From Octopus sinensis (Eukaryota), in the NCBI RefSeq assembly GCF_006345805.1, contig NC_043012.1, positions 57,412,001-57,476,000 of the forward strand: 64,000 bases of DNA, given 5' to 3'. Of the stretch, positions 38,684 through 50,964 are shown piece by piece (within the stretch, counting starts at the first letter, position 1; every line of letters begins with the position of its first letter). The notes beneath the pieces were generated by a model, which worked only from the letters and a program-made list of their open reading frames with translations, was not told where the DNA came from and did not search any database. The position numbers and the translations under genes were made by a program.

Positions 38684-39035
38684 TATATATATATACACAC
38701 ACATACACGTACCCACATAAATACATGTATGCATACATACACATATCCACATACACGTACGCACCCACACACACATATATACACGCACATACATCCACGT
38801 ACCCATATACATATAGGCATGCACACATATACTACACATACACATAGACAGACGTATCCACAAACGACAAACACACATACAAGCTCGTATACCCACATAC
38901 ACACATAGCCACATACATACACACAGACATATTCATACATACGTACATACATACATACATACGTACATACATACATACATACATACATACATACATACAT
39001 ACATACATACATACATACATACATACATACATACA
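38250..39035. repeat. compound (TA)n/(TACA)n microsatellite block
   Basis: Direct. Confidence 0.9.
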
Positions 39036-39350
39036 TTCACCCTTTATGTGAATTAGAAATTTATGCAGTCAGCATATTCTGTTTATTGGAAATACAAAAA
39101 TAAATAAATGAATAACGTTTTTACATTCTTGACAAATGAAATAAAAAATGGGATAAAAAAAAAGCAGAAAAGAAAAAAAACAGAAGAATATTTCATAATA
39201 AGCATCAAAATATCCCTCCCACAAATAGAAAACAGCAATTTATATTGAATTCTAAATATTAAAAAATGTGAGTGTACTTAACAAAATAATATTGTGAAAT
39301 TATATATATATATATGTGTCTGTGTGTATGCATATGTATGTATGTATATA

Positions 39351-39409
<59 letters not shown>

Positions 39410-39740
39410 ATATATATATGTATTTATCTATATTTACATATACACACACCACATACACATAATACGCTCATTACAAAATACACACACATGTATGTATGTA
39501 TGTATATTATAAACATATACACACGTATGCATATATATATACACATATATATATATATATTCATACGTCTATAAACATACATTCTTTTATAAAAATTACG
39601 TATATATTTGTGCGTATGTGTGTGTTTATGTATATGTGTGTGTGTGTGTTCGTTTCAATTCGTTAATGCAATTTAATAAAGAAAAAAAATTAACGTGTAA
39701 CATATCTTTGTGAAATGAATTTAAAAAATGAAATAATGCA

Positions 39741-39807
<67 letters not shown>

Positions 39808-41148
39808 GTCAGACTATTAACTAAAAGGGAAAAATAATATATATATATATTAAAAAGGGGAAGGCAATAATGTAAAGATATTGTTGTTTAAAAAGCCATG
39901 GCTCAACAAGTAGTCGTACGGTTTGTTCGGGTTTCGAATGACGGTCGAAGTAGTGAGAGATTAATATTCTTGAACAGAAAAGAAATACCCCCCACCCCAT
40001 TGAAATTGTTTATTAAAGCTTTGATAAGACAAATACTGATAAATATTTCTTTGGTTTTCGCATGAATATCCTTTATTGGCCTTCTTAAATCTCGAAAAAA
40101 ATGTATGAACACCTAAATTATATAGGCCCTTAATACAAGGGCTTTGCCTTTGTTTTACGATGTTCTTTTTTTTTTGTTTAAAGCAGGGTAGTTAGTCACA
40201 TAATTTAACCCTTTACGAGTAGTCAGTGGTTTTTTTTCACCCCCTTTATTTTATAATCTCTTATTCCGTTATGGCTTTTTGTCTTTTAGTTGAGTGGTTC
40301 AATGACGATATAAACTGTTTTAAAAGTTGCCATTTAGGCAGAAATACAAACCAACTTTATTTATGGAGTAATAAATTTCTGAAGAACGGCGGCAAGTAGA
40401 TGAAATGAGAGGACGATGGAAGGGAGATGTTAAGGAAAGACCGTATATACTGCGAGTGTAAAGAGAGCTAATGTGTATGACTTTGGAAAATAATAATAAC
40501 AACAACAACAATAATAATAATAATAATAAAGTAAAGCAGAATTGGCTAAAAAGAGAACAAAATAAAACAAGGAAAATCAGGACGAGTTTGGAATAATTAA
40601 ACATGGATATAATTAATTTTTAATGGGTTCATTGTTGAGCCTGTCTTTCGATCGATAGAACGAATTTTCTGCCTCTTATTTTCTTTCCTTAAACAAGTCC
40701 TATGAAACAATATTGTTGAAATAAATAAATAAATATAAAATATTTATTAATAATATCGGATTTTTTTTTTCTTCTTCTAAAAGGAGGCGGAGGATGAGTG
40801 GGACAAAAAAAAGCTAATCTTGTGACGTTCGTGTAGCACTTTAAAAGAAAAAAAAAAAAACAGAAAAGAAAACCAGAGGTCCCAGAATTTGTTATGGAAA
40901 TGAATGATTTCAACCGCGAGTCGAAACTGCGTCGTGAACGGAGTTTGCTCGGGAACTTAACTCTTTTTCTACGGTGTTAGCTAATAATGTTAATATGTCT
41001 AATGCATTTGTGTACGTGTGTCTGTGTTTATTTTAACCATTAACCCTAATTGTAAAACCCCTAATTAATAAATAACCGCAACAAAGAGAAATACATTTCG
41101 TAAAAACCCAAAGAAAATGACAGTAACCTCGGGACCTTATGGCTCGTA

Positions 41149-41248
41149 NNNNNNNNNNNNNNNNNNNNNNNNNNNNNNNNNNNNNNNNNNNNNNNNNNNN
41201 NNNNNNNNNNNNNNNNNNNNNNNNNNNNNNNNNNNNNNNNNNNNNNNN
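41149..41248. other. assembly gap of exactly 100 N
   Basis: Direct count; a round number typical of a scaffold join of unknown size. Confidence 0.99.
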
Positions 41249-41298
41249 AATGTACATTCATATAATATATATGCATGTGATTGTGTGTACGTATACAT

Positions 41299-41365
<67 letters not shown>

Positions 41366-41398
41366 CCTACCTACCTATCTACCTACCTACCTACCTAC

Positions 41399-41481
<83 letters not shown>

Positions 41482-42106
41482 CACACGCACACACATACAC
41501 GCACAACACGTACGTGCATACATCCACATTTATAAATATACATTCATAGATATGTGTGTGTGTTCGAATGTGTGCGTGTGTGTGTGTGTGTGTGTGTGCG
41601 TATGCACGCGCACGTGTACGGACCATACATATGCGCGTGTGACTGTGTATGCATATACATGCATATTTGCGTAAGTGCATATGTACGTATACGTAAGAAC
41701 TTACAACATACGTACGCATCTATCTATATGTACGCAAGAAACAATTCACCCATGTTGGATTTGACAGTAGAAATTGCATCTTCAGTAAAAGTCGCTGTAA
41801 ATAGCAGCTTAGCTCCGAAAGACTCGGAACAATACAATGTACTTGGTTGGTAGATGCTCTAAACACTCACATACAAACCATACAAACTAGTGTTGTATAA
41901 CATGTTTATTATATATTATTGAATTGCAGCTAAATCGAAGAAGCGACTGTTTTACTGAACTTAACTGAAGAGAGATTAATTGTAAAAAAAAAACATGGTG
42001 TTAAATAAAGATGGGTTTTTTTTTTGTGTGTGTGAGAATGTGTGTTGTGTGTTTTTCTAAGTGTGAACGTATGTATGTGTGTATGTATGTATTATGTATG
42101 TATGTA

Positions 42107-42516
42107 TTACTCTTTTACTTGTTTCAGTCATTTGACTGCGGCCATGCTGGAGCACCGCCTTTAATCGAGCAACTCGACCCCGGGACTTATTCTTTTTTGT
42201 AAGCCCAGTACTTATTCTATCGGTCTCTTTTTGCCGAACCGCTAAGTGACGGGGACATAAACACACCAGCATCGGTTGTCAAGCAATGCTAGGGGGACAA
42301 ACACAGACACACAAACACACACACGCATATATATATATATATATACATATATACGACGGGCTTCTTTCAGTTTCCGTCTACCAAATCCACTCACAAGGCA
42401 TTGGTCGGCCCGAGACTATAGTAGAAGACACTTGCCCAAGGTGCCACGCAGTGGGACTGAACCCGGAACCATGTGGTTGGTAAACAAGCTACTTACCACA
42501 CAGCCACTCCTGCGCC
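42107..42516 (-). mobile_element. young SINE family A, full length
   Basis: All CpGs intact; near-identical to 45682-46093. Confidence 0.95.
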
Positions 42517-42609
42517 TATGTATGTATGTATGTATGTATGTATGTATGTATATTATGTATGTATGTATGTATGTATGTATGTATTTATGTATGCATGTAT
42601 GCATGTATG

Positions 42610-42815
42610 ACCTCGTGTGTACCGTTGGCGATTTTTTTTTCCTCTGTCTTCCCTTCTCGGGATCTTTCCTTCTCCTATGTTTCCGACGAAGAGCTCCGCT
42701 CGAAACGTTTAACCCTCCTTCTTCCCTTCTTTCCTGAGCGTCCAATAATACTATATTTGTTCCACGTGCTCGCGTTGTTGTTTTTTTTTCTTGTGTTTTC
42801 TTGTTTGGATTAACT
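42610..42815 (+). mobile_element. Penelope-like pLTR remnant with hammerhead-like motif
   Basis: GTTT CCGACGA A GAGC TCC GCTC GAAAC GTT TAAC at 42679-42713; embedded in (TGTA)n. Confidence 0.65.
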
Positions 42816-43284
42816 ATGTATGTATGTATGTATGTATGTATGTATGTATGTATGTGCGTGTGTATGTATGTATGTGTGTATGTATGTATGTATGTATGTA
42901 TGTATGTATGTGTGTATGTATGTATCCTTGTATGTATGTATGTATATGCGTGTGTATGTATGTATGTATGTATGTATCTTTGTATGTATGTATGTATGTA
43001 TGTATGCATGTATGTATCTTTGTATGTATGTATGTATCTTTGTATGTAAGCATGTATGTATGCATGCATGTATGTATGTACGTATGTATGTATGTATGTA
43101 TGTATGTATGTATGTATGTGTGTGTGTGTATGTATGTATGTGTGTATGTATGTATGTATCTTTGTATGTATGTATGTATGTATGTATGTATGTATGTGTG
43201 TATGTATGTATGTGTGTATGTATGTATGTGTGTGTATGTTTGTATGTATGTGTGTATATATATATATATATATATTATATATAT

Positions 43285-43409
43285 TTATTATATAGAAGGA
43301 GCTTCTACAGGACTAGAACTGTTTCATTCAAGAGAAATCTTCAGGGCTTCCTGAAGATTCTCTTGAATGAAACAGTTCTAGTCCTGTAGAAGCTCCTTCT
43401 ATATAATAA
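43285..43409. repeat. near-perfect palindrome, ~61-bp arms with 4-nt loop
   Basis: 43285-43345 is the reverse complement of 43350-43409 except for one extra A; loop GCTT. Confidence 0.95.
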
Positions 43410-43479
43410 TTAATTTTACTCTGCTATGTATTGAGTACCTTCATTTACTGTGGTTAACCCCGAATCAACCCGGACCTAC

Positions 43480-43516
<37 letters not shown>

Positions 43517-43639
43517 CATTTATTGAACAATGACGGGGTTTATGTATATATGTGTGCATGTACATGCTTTTATATGTATATGTATAAATATTAAACATGT
43601 ATTTATTACTCACTCATGTATGTGTATGTATGTGTGTGT

Positions 43640-43975
43640 ACACAATGCGGCCCCGTTAAACCGTACTCCATTAAGCTAAATATCGCATAAACCGGACAGA
43701 ATTTGAATCAAAAGATTGACTGCCAATGTCGACTTATACCCAGCAATTTTACCAAATGTTTTTTCGATATTTCATTGACCTTGAGAAAGAGAGAGGGAGA
43801 GAGAGAGAGAGGGAGAGAGAGAGAGAGGAGAGAGAGAGAGAGTAATATTGATGTGAAGAAAAAGCAGACGACATTATCCACCAACCAGAAACTACAATTT
43901 ATAAGGAAGTTAAAAGCTGGTGGTTCGGCGACGAAGTGGTCGTGGAGAGGATGAGGTCAAAAAACTTCTAAGTAC
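43640..43975 (+). pseudogene. pogo/Tigger transposon 5' fragment (CENP-B N-terminal HTH)
   Basis: KKKQTTLSTNQKLQFIRKLKAGGSATK resembles KRKxxTLxxxxKLExIxxLExG; TIR-like TA|CACAATGCGGCCCCGTTAAACCG at 43640. Confidence 0.6.
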
Positions 43976-44064
43976 TACAGATATATGCAAGGAGAGAAAA
44001 TAAAGAATGTGTAGTGGCTAGCGACCTATCATGGCGATATATATATATATATATATATATATCG

Positions 44065-44290
44065 CTAGCCTCTGCACGCATATTTTTTTTCTCTCCTTCT
44101 TTCTGTGTTTTTTCTCTGTGTATCTTTCTGTTGAAGAGCGTAAGCTCGAAACGTTAAATACTTGTTTTATTTATATTTCCTGAGCGCCATACTAATACAA
44201 TTGTTTGTTTGTATTCCACCTGCCTTCGTCTTTTGTTTATTTCCGTAAACCTTGCCTTCGTCCTTTTGTCTATTTTCATAAGCTTCCCGT
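44065..44290 (+). mobile_element. Penelope-like pLTR remnant (second family) with hammerhead-like motif
   Basis: TTT CTGTTGA A GAGC GTAA GCTC GAAAC GTT AAA at 44125-44158; homologous to 56620-56820. Confidence 0.6.
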
Positions 44291-44390
<100 letters not shown>

Positions 44391-44404
44391 CATATATATA
44401 TATA

Positions 44405-44614
44405 TCGGTGAGCTGGCAGAATCGTTAGCACATCGGGCAAAATGCTTAGCGGCATGTCGTCCGCCTTTACGTTGTTCTGAGTTCAAATTCCGCCGAGGCC
44501 AACTTTGCCTTTCATCCTTTCGGGGTCGATAAATTTAAAGTCCCAGTTTAGTACTGGGATCGATGTAATCGACTTGAACCCTTCTCTGAAATTGTTGGCC
44601 TTATGCCATCTCTT

Positions 44615-44646
<32 letters not shown>

Positions 44647-44647
44647 C

Positions 44648-44678
<31 letters not shown>

Positions 44679-45370
44679 GTATGTATTAGGGGAAAGAGGA
44701 GTATAATCCTGGATACCAAGTATTAATATAAGAAATGACAGGTGAAGTTCGCGTTGGTGGAAGAAAAGATAATAGGGATTAAGAAAGCTACAAACCATTG
44801 CCAAGGAACTCAAACTCTCTGTTATACGCGATCCCGCTCAAAACATAATTTCGTACAGTGACTTGTTACCAGAAAATAATGCTAAAGCAATAATTCATGG
44901 ATTTCGCGCAGAGAACAATGAGTATCGAAATAATAACGCAATAATATTCCTTCTTAATACCTTTTGATGAGGGGTGTTGGCTGAATCGTTAGCACACCGG
45001 ACAAAATACTGAGCGGCACTCGTCAATCTTTATGTTCTCAGTTCAAATGCCACCGAAGTCAATTTTATCTTTCATCTTTTCAGGGGGGCCGATGGAATCA
45101 ACTATACCCCTCCCGCCAAATTTCAGGCCTTGGGATTATAATAGAAAAGGCACTGCAGTGATTTAGTAAGTCAGTGAGCTGGTAGAATCGTTAGCTCGAT
45201 GGACAAAATGCATTGTGGAATTTCCTTTACGTTCTGAGTTCAAATACCGATGAGGTCGACTTTGTCTTTCATTCTTTTGTGTGTGTGTGTGGAGGGGGCA
45301 AATATGTACAAGTTGATCACAGGGGTCGATGTTATCGATTTACACTCTCACCCCTTTGTGCCTATTGTCG
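44405..45370 (+). mobile_element. three SINE family B copies (44405-44610, 44960-45150, 45175-45370)
   Basis: GCTGGCAGAATCGTTAGC heads and GAGTTCAAAT B-boxes. Confidence 0.85.
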
Positions 45371-45383
45371 AAAGGGCTCTTAA

Positions 45384-45507
45384 TACGTTCTGGCAGATTC
45401 AAACGTGAATATCAAGTCGCTGCTGTTTTCTGCCAACAGAGAACGTTTCCTCTCTTCACGAAAAGGAACAGCAACGAGATATTTACGTTCGAATTTGCCA
45501 GAACGGA
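45384..45507. mobile_element. TTAA-flanked MITE (piggyBac/Kolobok-like)
   Basis: TTAA at 45380-45383 and 45508-45511; inner 28-bp inverted repeat CGTTCTGGCAGATTCAAACGTGAATATC / GATATTTACGTTCGAATTTGCCAGAACG (25/28). Confidence 0.75.
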
Positions 45508-45681
45508 TTAAGAATGAATAGATAGTGTTTGGCTTCTCGTTGTTCCATGTGCACTACTTGAATTATTATCTGTTTGCTGATTTCAATGAATAGCAACACC
45601 TGCTCTTGTGAGACTCATAGGTCTGGTGGAGTAGCTTCGACTGAGAAAACAGACAACGAGGTCGAAACATCACAGTACCAC

Positions 45682-45843
45682 AGCGCAGGAGTGGCTGTGT
45701 GGTAAGTAGCTTGTTTACCAACCACATGGTTCTGGGTTCAGTCCCACTGCGTGGCACCTTGGGCAAGTGTCTTCTACTATAGCCTCGGGCCGACCAAAGC
45801 CTTGTGAGTGGATTTGGTAGACGGAAACTGAAAGAAGCCTGTC

Positions 45844-45893
<50 letters not shown>

Positions 45894-46093
45894 TTGTGTG
45901 TCTGTGTTTGTCCCCCTAGCATTGCTTGACAACCGATGCTGGTGTGTTTATGTCCCCGTTACTTAGCGGTTCAGCAAAAGAGACCGATAGAATAAGTACT
46001 GGGCTTACAAAAGAATAAGTCCCGGGGTCGAGTTGCTCGATTAAAGGCGGTGCTCCAGCATGGCCGCAGTCAAATGACTGAAACAAATAAAAA
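45682..46093 (+). mobile_element. young SINE family A, full length
   Basis: A-box TGGCTGTGTGGT, B-box GGTTCAGTCCC, internal (TA)n, tail. Confidence 0.95.
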
Positions 46094-47674
46094 GTATCTC
46101 AAAGTCTTCTTACGCTGTAAAGCCTGTGTGTTATGAACACATACAATTTTAACGGAGGAGGTGTTCTCCGATGACGAAAAGCAACACCGATTAGATATAT
46201 ACGTTCGAATCATCCATAATGTGTTACGAATAAATAGATACGTTTGCGTTGAAATTTATTTGTGGTATGTTAGCTTGTTGTTGTTTCATGCTGATGAACA
46301 GGTTTTCATTATTATGTTTATATAATATACTAGTGGGAGTCAGAAAGTAATGTAATGTTTATTTGCATTATTTTCTAACTCACCCTCGTAAAATATTTTA
46401 ACTACGATTTTTACGATTACCTACGAAACGTTGTTCTGCTTTACGATTTCATTTAAATGATACATTCAGCTAATCTGTAACCACTGTGTGTTTTGATTCA
46501 CTTAGTACCAGTTAAATTGATGTAGTTTATGTATTTTTAGTGAATGCTATACATGTTGTGCGTATACCAGTTTGGGTTAATATGTTATGGCATTGTTTTA
46601 TAGTCGGCAGGCTTTCAGAATAGTTGTTCTAACACGTTGGAATTTCTCCGTTTTTGTCGAAAATCCCCAATTTTCTTTTTTGCATCCCACATTTCAAAAC
46701 AATAAGAGAAGCCTTTTTTAAAGAAATAAAAATTTAATTCATGTTTTTTTTTAACGTCTGTCTCCCTATCCCCACACACCATGCTTGTATTCACGGGAGC
46801 AGACGACACAATTTTTTTTTTCCTTTTTTCGTTATTTTTCGTCATTTTATCAAAATTCGAATTTTCTGAAATATTTATAATACGTATTTTTTTTTTAAAC
46901 TAGTATCCACCCAATCTACTTAATCGAACGTTTCACGATTAAAATGTATTTTTGTTTAACTTTTCGTTATTTCCCGTTTCATTTTTTTTTTTTTTTTTTG
47001 GGTTTAATACTTTTGCCATTTGTAAAACATTTTTTTTCTATACAACAAAAATTAAAGAGAAAACAGGAATATATTAACACTTAACTGATTTTACCAGTGT
47101 TTGCATTGACAATGTGCTGCGACAAACTTGTTTTATAGAGGAGAAAACCAAATATTTTCGGTTTCATTATACTCATCTTCAGTTTAAAAAAAAAAATCTT
47201 TACACTTCAAGCGACTGAAATTATCGTTTTATTGATACTTCTCCCAAAATTCCAATTTTGTCTTTGACAAATCAACTTTTGGTAAGTGTTAGATAAAATA
47301 TTTTGCGACAACACTGTCTGCGAGAACGTGTTTACCGTCATTGAAACACGAGGGGTGAGATTCTTGTCCAGTAATATTGATACATTGGACGGAAGGACAG
47401 CAGTTGATCGCCGATATATTTGATTATGTCCGGGAAAAAATTTCATCGAAAAATTTTAGTCACGGGTAAGAAGAAATGTCACTGGAAGAAATAGTCAAAA
47501 TAATAAAATTATTTTAACTCAGTTATTGACTGACAGGACATGGCTTGACACAATATATATACGATGACACGGATCTTTTCCTTTTCATGTGAAGAAAAAA
47601 AAAAGGGGCTCACTTTTTATTTAATTTCTTTACCGAAGAAAGACAGGGAAACAAAATATTTAAGTCAGTCATTT

Positions 47675-48730
47675 ATTGACTGTTCTTCCTCTATCTCGCA
47701 GCAAAGTTGGAAGTTGCCTTTGAGGGAGTTGGAGTAAAGATTTACATCCAGGCGCGGCAAGATGCTGATCTGTTTAATAGTGCAATTGTATAAAGCCAAG
47801 ACGCACACTACGAGGGCCCTAGTGCGAGAGATGCTGTTCGCTGATGAGAGTGCGCTGGTTGCCCACACCGCTGTAGGTATACAGAAACTGGGCGATAACT
47901 TTGCCAGAGGTGCACAACAGTTTTTCTTAAAGCTTGATAAAAAAAAACGAATGTCTTTATCAACCTGTGGAAAACCTACCTGCCCCTGTAATAGAAGAAA
48001 ACATCACTTATAAGACATAGAAAACCAGCTCAGTGCAAAGCATTTAAATATCTATTCAACATCATCTCGGATAATGTACGACTAGAACAGGAAATTATAT
48101 ACAGAATGAGCAGAGCTATTGCTTCATTTGGGAGGCTGTAGGGGAAATAAGAATGTTTCTATACGTGCCAAATGTAAGGCATACCAGACTACAATCCCCT
48201 CTTCCCTGTTGTGTGGAGCTACAACCTGGACAGTCTACAAAGCTTAAGTAGATAAGTTACAAGCGGAGGTAAAGAATACGCTCACCACCCGTTTTTCGGC
48301 GTCACCCTAAACCCTAAGCACCTGGTGTACATATTCTTTACCTTCGCCCGAGTTACTTGCATATATGATGAAACAACTGCGACGAATTATGACCATCTCT
48401 TTCTTTGACAAAATCAAGACCGTGCTGGTTTGCTTACTACGATAGAAATACGCATTGATAGAAATTTACACAGGTTGGGTCACGTACAGAGAATAGACAA
48501 CAACAGACTCCCCAGGCAAATATTTTACTCCCCAACTATCCAAAGGAAAAGAAACAATGGAAGACCTAGACTGCGATTCAAAGAAACTGCAAAAATGAAT
48601 ACGAAGTGGAAAGGAACTGAGGATCATAATAAATGGCTAACTCAAGCGAAAAACCGACCAGAATGGAGGAAGCTTATCAAGTCATGTCATAGCAATGAGC
48701 AGTCATAGTCGCGAGGACTGACTGCAGATA
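47675..48730 (+). mobile_element. RTE-BovB-type LINE, 5'-truncated, decayed reverse transcriptase
   Basis: IYIQARQDADLFN, REMLFADESALVAH (YADD-box equivalent), WTVYKA, LGHVQRIDNNRLPRQIFY, KRNNGRPRLRFKE; several frameshifts. Confidence 0.9.
48260..48350. mobile_element. 91-bp unclassified MITE inserted in the RTE
   Basis: TIR GCGGAGGTAAAGAATA / TATTCTTTACCTTCGC (15/16); AGTTA duplicated at 48255-48259 and 48351-48355; removing it restores the RT frame (VDKL-LAYMMKQLRRIM). Confidence 0.85.
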
Positions 48731-48742
48731 ATTATATAATAA

Positions 48743-49139
48743 CTAGCAGTATCGCCCGGCGTTGCTCGGGTTTGTAAGGGAAATAACTATATAAGCATTT
48801 TTAGAGAGTTATAGCCAAAAAAAGCAAAAGAATGCATTAAAAATGGAAAAAAAAATGATAGTAAATTTTTTTTAAAATCGTTGACTCAACGTAGACATTT
48901 TTAGAGAGTTACTTCCCTTATATAATAGCGAAAAAATGCATTAAAATGGAAAAAAATGATGGTAAATTTTTTTTAAATCGTAGACTCATCGTAGACGCGC
49001 GCTAATACCCAGAAGGGCTCGATATGAATCACGACTATAAGATACCCGCTTTTGGTTACACTGCACTGCAAAATGTGGGAGTAGTTAGGAATCTAAATCG
49101 TAGGAGACAGACACACAACTTCACTTTTATATATAAAGA
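48743..49139 (-). mobile_element. non-autonomous Helitron, complete
   Basis: Minus strand starts TC after A(49140) and ends hairpin CCCGAGCAACGCCGGG + CTAG before T(48742); no TSD; internal 100-bp tandem duplication (48796/48896). Confidence 0.85.
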
Positions 49140-49656
49140 TATTGACAATACACGACATGTACTGAATGAAAACTCCTTTCAGAGTCTAGTCGCATTACAT
49201 GTAGAGTCAGTAGTTTTAATGTCGATGACTAACGCAAAGATTTCAGCCGACAGAAGAAACTCTGTTACAGTCTTGTAGTTCTCCAGTGATTTTTTTTTGC
49301 CCCAGTGATTCCCACCACTTCGCCACATGAATTCACTGAAACCCATTGGGGGGGGGGGGGTCTGTAAAAAAATATTGATATCCTCTTCTGAAGGACGGCA
49401 GCAGATCGCTTGTGTCTTGAAATGAAGACTAACCGATCCACCATTTTGTCGTGTCTGGGAAATGAAAGAAAAAAACCAAAATGCTCTTTAAAATTGTGTT
49501 GAGAATTTCGTCGATTTTCTGTTTCTTTTTTTTCTTCATTTTCTAAATGAATATTTCTTTCCTGGGAGCGGACGTCATTATTTTCCTGTCTGAGTCGGAA
49601 CATTTTAATGGGAAAAAGCCGTTCAAGTTTGTCATCAACGCAAAGCTTGAAATCAG

Positions 49657-49748
49657 GTAAGTGTTTAGAGGTTCTTATTTTGCTTTTAATTCATTTAATT
49701 TTTGTGTCGTATAGAATATATATATATATATGTATATACTTTTTTCAG
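49657..49748 (+). other. candidate 92-bp intron between two exon-like segments
   Basis: CAG|GTAAGT donor at 49657, TTTTTTTCAG| acceptor at 49748, next donor AAG|GTATGA at 49811. Confidence 0.4.
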
Positions 49749-50307
49749 AATGGCAAAAGTATCTAGGATGTGAGGAAACCAAACAAAAAATCTCATTTTA
49801 ATTGGGAAAGGTATGATGATGAAATGGCGCAGGTGGTTAAGAAAATGAATAAATTACGAGTGTTTCAGAATGTGGAATACAATAAAATTACGAAAAAGAA
49901 AGAAAAAAAATTAATGTTGGCTGCTGTCGTGAATGCATGTTTGTTGAGAGGCAGATGCAAAAAAAAAGAAAAATGAATGTGTAAGGCTCTTTCTCTTTTT
50001 TATATTTTTATTTTTAAAACGTGGGATGCAAAAACAAAAAAAAAAAAAAAAAGAGTGGGGAATCTCGAAAAAAACGAAATAATTCCCATATATGTAGGAT
50101 AGCTATATCGAAAGTCTGCCTTTATATCCTTGTCTACTAATCTGTTCGGAGACCCATTATTAACTAACCTGTTTTACACGCAAAATTTCTCTTCATTACA
50201 GCCTATTTAATAGACAAATATTTAAAAGCTTGTTTAAAGCAGGATATGACTACATATATTTTTTTTATTTACGAGGACATTTAACAACCACCATGCATAT
50301 CTTTATA

Positions 50308-50684
50308 TCTTTATATATAAAACTGAGGTTGTGTGCTGTCTGTCTCCTACGATTTACATTCCTAACTACTCCCTTGCGGTGCAGTTTAACCAAAACCGGG
50401 TATCATATAGTCGTGATTCATATCGAGCCCTTCTGGGTATTAGCGCGCGTCTACAATGAGTCTACGATTTTAAATAAAAATTACCATAAATTTTTCCCAT
50501 TTTTAATGCATTTTTGGCATATATAAGGGAAGTAACTCTCTAAAAATTTATTATTAAATCTCAGAACGTAAAAATCTACAGTAACACCCCCTCCCCTTTG
50601 TGGTTAGCCATATTGAGATGGCTATTATACTTTACATCTCTAAAAATGTTTATATAGTTATTTACCTTACAAACCCGAGCAACG
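50308..50684 (+). mobile_element. second copy of the Helitron, 3' terminator missing
   Basis: A|TCTTTATATATAAAA 5' end; body is the reverse complement of 48743-49139; stops at CCCGAGCAACG without the second hairpin arm or CTAG. Confidence 0.85.
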
Positions 50685-50705
50685 ATAAATATTTAGATGC
50701 TTTAA

Positions 50706-50935
50706 GGCGGCGAGCTGGCAGAATCGTTAGCACGCCGGGCGAATTGCGTAGCCGTATTTCGTCTGCTGTTACGTTCTGAGTTCAAATTCTGCCGAGGTCG
50801 ACTTTGCCTTTCATCCATCGGGGTCGATAAATTAAGGACCAGTTACGCACTGGGGTCGATATAATCGACTTAATCCGTTTGTCTGTCCTTGTTTGTCCCC
50901 TCTATGTTTGGCCCCTTGTGGGTAGTAAAGAAATA
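50706..50935 (+). mobile_element. young SINE family B, full length
   Basis: GGCGGCGAGCTGGCAGAATCGTTAGCACGCCGGGCG head; A-box at 50716, B-box at 50778. Confidence 0.95.
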
Positions 50936-50964
50936 TATATAAACACTTATTCGTATTTTTAGTA

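Noticed and set aside
41030-41075. Telomere-like CCCTAA motifs (also CCCTAAACCCTAA at 48305)
   Set aside because: Only one or two degenerate units; not an array
42276-43389. YI/CV/MYVC/LSIY-repeat ORFs here and throughout the window, plus recurrent peptides such as RRHLPKVPRSGTEP and FDCGHAGAPP
   Set aside because: Microsatellite translations and SINE A reading frames
45682-45760. tRNA genes at SINE heads
   Set aside because: A and B boxes are present, but there is no closed cloverleaf or acceptor stem and each continues into a SINE body
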